From Tubiluchus corallicola (Eukaryota > Animalia > Priapulida), in the NCBI GenBank assembly GCA_030141605.1, contig JAQGDQ010002028.1, positions 1 through 17,448 on the forward strand: a DNA stretch of 17,448 bases, given 5' to 3'. The notes beneath the pieces are model-generated. The model saw nothing but the letters and a program-made list of their open reading frames with translations. It did no database searches and was not told the DNA's origin. This document shows, one piece after another, positions 15,208 to 17,448 of the stretch. The translations under genes and the position numbers were made by a program. Position 1 is the first letter of the stretch; the number at the start of each line of letters is the position of its first letter.

Positions 15208-15642
15208 ATCTTGTTCATATCAAACTTTTGTTCATGTTTGTTGTTTAATTATTATTTATGAGTCAGCGGTACTATATATTTAAAATGCTGGTCTTGAGCA
15301 TTGATTACACGTTTAATTTTGCAGATTTCATTAATTATTCAAAAAAATGTTTTTGTAAAACGTTAACAAATAAAATGTAGAATGGTGTTTATATTTATAA
15401 TTGTATAATTGTTAACTTATTTATGTACAACGCCTTTAAGTGTTCTTATCAAATAAACAATTTCTTTACATATGAAAAACGCATTAGCATCCATACAAAT
15501 AGTTGCAAATTAATTAAATATAATATATAAAAACTGATGCTGCTGATAGCACTATGACCATAAAATATAATTTTAATTTGGTTTATCTTTTTGTAATTTT
15601 GCACTTAAATAAGTTAATTATCGATTTATTCAAAATAATGCA

Positions 15643-15826
15643 TCTACATTTGACTTACCTAAGTCACATTTGAGTTACCAAAACACAATCGAAATTCCTA
15701 TGTCTACATTTGACTTACCTAAGTCACATTTGAGTTACCAAAACACATTCGAAATTCCTATGTCTACATTTGACTTACCTAAGTCACATTTGAACTTTCC
15801 CGTGTCTACATTTGACGTGTAAAACC
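15643..15826 (-). repeat. Right terminal/subterminal repeat array of the transposon (60-bp unit x ~2.5, built from ~20-bp subunits with ACATTTGA core)
   Basis: ACATTTGA at 15646, 15666, 15706, 15726, 15766, 15786 and 15808, with degenerate cores at 15685 and 15745. Confidence 0.92.
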
Positions 15827-17448
15827 TATAAAATAATTTCGAATTTTAAAGCTTTGCTCGTTTAGGTGATACGAACAATGTTAGCATCCATAAAAACTAA
15901 TAAACATAGTTAGCACTCTTTTCCTCTTCTTCAAAGTCTAATTCGGTCTGTTGTACACATTCAACAATTACCATTTACTAGAACGCTCCACCCATTCTTA
16001 TCTGCAGTTAACAGCATAAATTCATCTACTCCTAAAGATACATTTGGTTGAAGCTGTTGACGATCTTCATTTATCTTAACCACCAAGTTATTTTTAGTTT
16101 GCCAAATTGTTTTTTTCCAAGGTTTTAAGGCTTCCTTTAAGGCTATTCTTACAGGTGTTTCAGAAGACTGCCCATACATTTTCACTTGTTCCATGACTGA
16201 TCATTATCTCTGGCAGTACTATGTTGTTCTATCTTTGTCTGGTTTACCATTTTCTACTTCGAAGAGTTAACACACACAAGCGAATGTTGCCACCTATCAG
16301 CACTTTGGGTAACATCAATTTCACTAGGTTGTTTATTACTGTTGTGCTGCTACTGGTTTATCAAGTAGAACAAAAACATGTCTAAAAGAACAATGATTTC
16401 TAACAAACAATAACTGTTCTGTTAAAGCTGGTGCACAATCATGTCAAAATAAAAAAAACATGCATATTGCAGAACACTAAATAGAAAAATCTTGACCCCA
16501 CCAAAATCCTAACTGAGTCTACCAAAAATCTCTTAGTCAAAATATCTTTCATTTCAGTGTCATTCCATAATTTAATATGAATTTTAAAATTAAGTTCAAT
16601 CATTCTAAAATTAGATCTCAATAGCACGAGATTTGAATATTTTTATAGCTATATCATGTAAATATTTTTAACTTGTTAACTGAGGTTTAACACCCTAGTG
16701 CATTACAAATGGCTACAGTGTTCATTAAGCTGACATCTTTACCAACTGAAGCGCACAGCAAAAGCCAATTTTTAGAGCTTTAGAGCATTTATTTAATGGT
16801 GTCCAGGTACTAGAGAAGCAAAAATACCTCGTCGTTGTTGATTATGAGGCAGCTAATGAGGATTTTAAATCATATCAAACTGACAAAGTTTACTGAAACA
16901 GACTAGTCTTATTTGACTTGCACATGTGCAGGATCCATTTTATTTATGTTATGAATGACATTTTTTAATACACCCCCCGAGACCTTTCAAACTGTCTACA
17001 TTATTCCAAGACTGTTCGGCCATTGCTGTTACTGTTTTTGTAGGCACCGTTGTCGTTGTTGCCATAATTGCTATCATCGTCCTTTCTGTCACGTGCCGTC
17101 ATCGTGATTCAAATAAAATTAAACAAAATGAAAGTGCAAAAATGAATGACTTGTTACATTTTGAAAAAGAGCTTGAATAGGATATTACTGCATATTGAGA
17201 AAAACTGTGACTAAGCAGGTTTGAAAGTTCTAGAAATTTTGAAATTCCTAAATTGTCATTGAATCATAAATGACAAAAGTTTGAGGAATTTTAAATTCTG
17301 TGTCCACCTAACACTCCTTTTACATTTTTAGTAAATACTGTAAATATGTGTTTTATTTACACACTTGCGTAAACAATGATGAAATGGCAAATTAAACAAA
17401 ACCGCATCGATGCAAAGTGACGAAGTCATGACAGTTTTAGCGTGTGAG

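Larger units (their letters stand above)
13691..15826 (+). mobile_element. IS630/Tc1-mariner superfamily DNA transposon, full length (2136 bp), probably inactive
   Basis: Terminal inverted repeats GGTTTTACAAGTCAAATGTAGAC and GTCTACATTTGACGTGTAAAACC (22/23 match), TATA on both flanks (13687-13690, 15827-15830), and an internal DDE transposase. Confidence 0.95.

Overview
AT-rich eukaryotic (probably invertebrate) genomic DNA; most entries in the ORF track are artefacts. (1) A complete 7-exon, GT-AG spliced gene on + (CDS 541-4808, 284 aa by my splice model) encodes a secreted S1A (trypsin-fold) protein with signal peptide, propeptide and R|IING activation site. It keeps catalytic His and Asp but has GDAGGP instead of GDSGGP, so it is a predicted serine protease homologue (pseudo-protease). 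(2) A tandem partial paralogue (~8550-10915) has only exons 6-7. It keeps the catalytic Ser but has GDSDGP and an internal TGA. (3) An inverted relic of intron 2 and the start of exon 3 lies at ~12693-12940. (4) A 31-bp minisatellite (~7261-8388) with 5-unit higher-order structure is split by a 393-bp TG...CA element with a 5-bp target-site duplication, most likely a solo LTR. (5) A full-length IS630/Tc1-mariner DNA transposon (13691-15826) has TATA flanks, asymmetric repeat-built ends and a DD33E transposase broken by three frameshifts. Several microsatellites are also present. I see no evidence for a wholly new biological system. The most interesting items are the reciprocal inactivation of the protease paralogues, the solo LTR in the minisatellite and the transposon end architecture.
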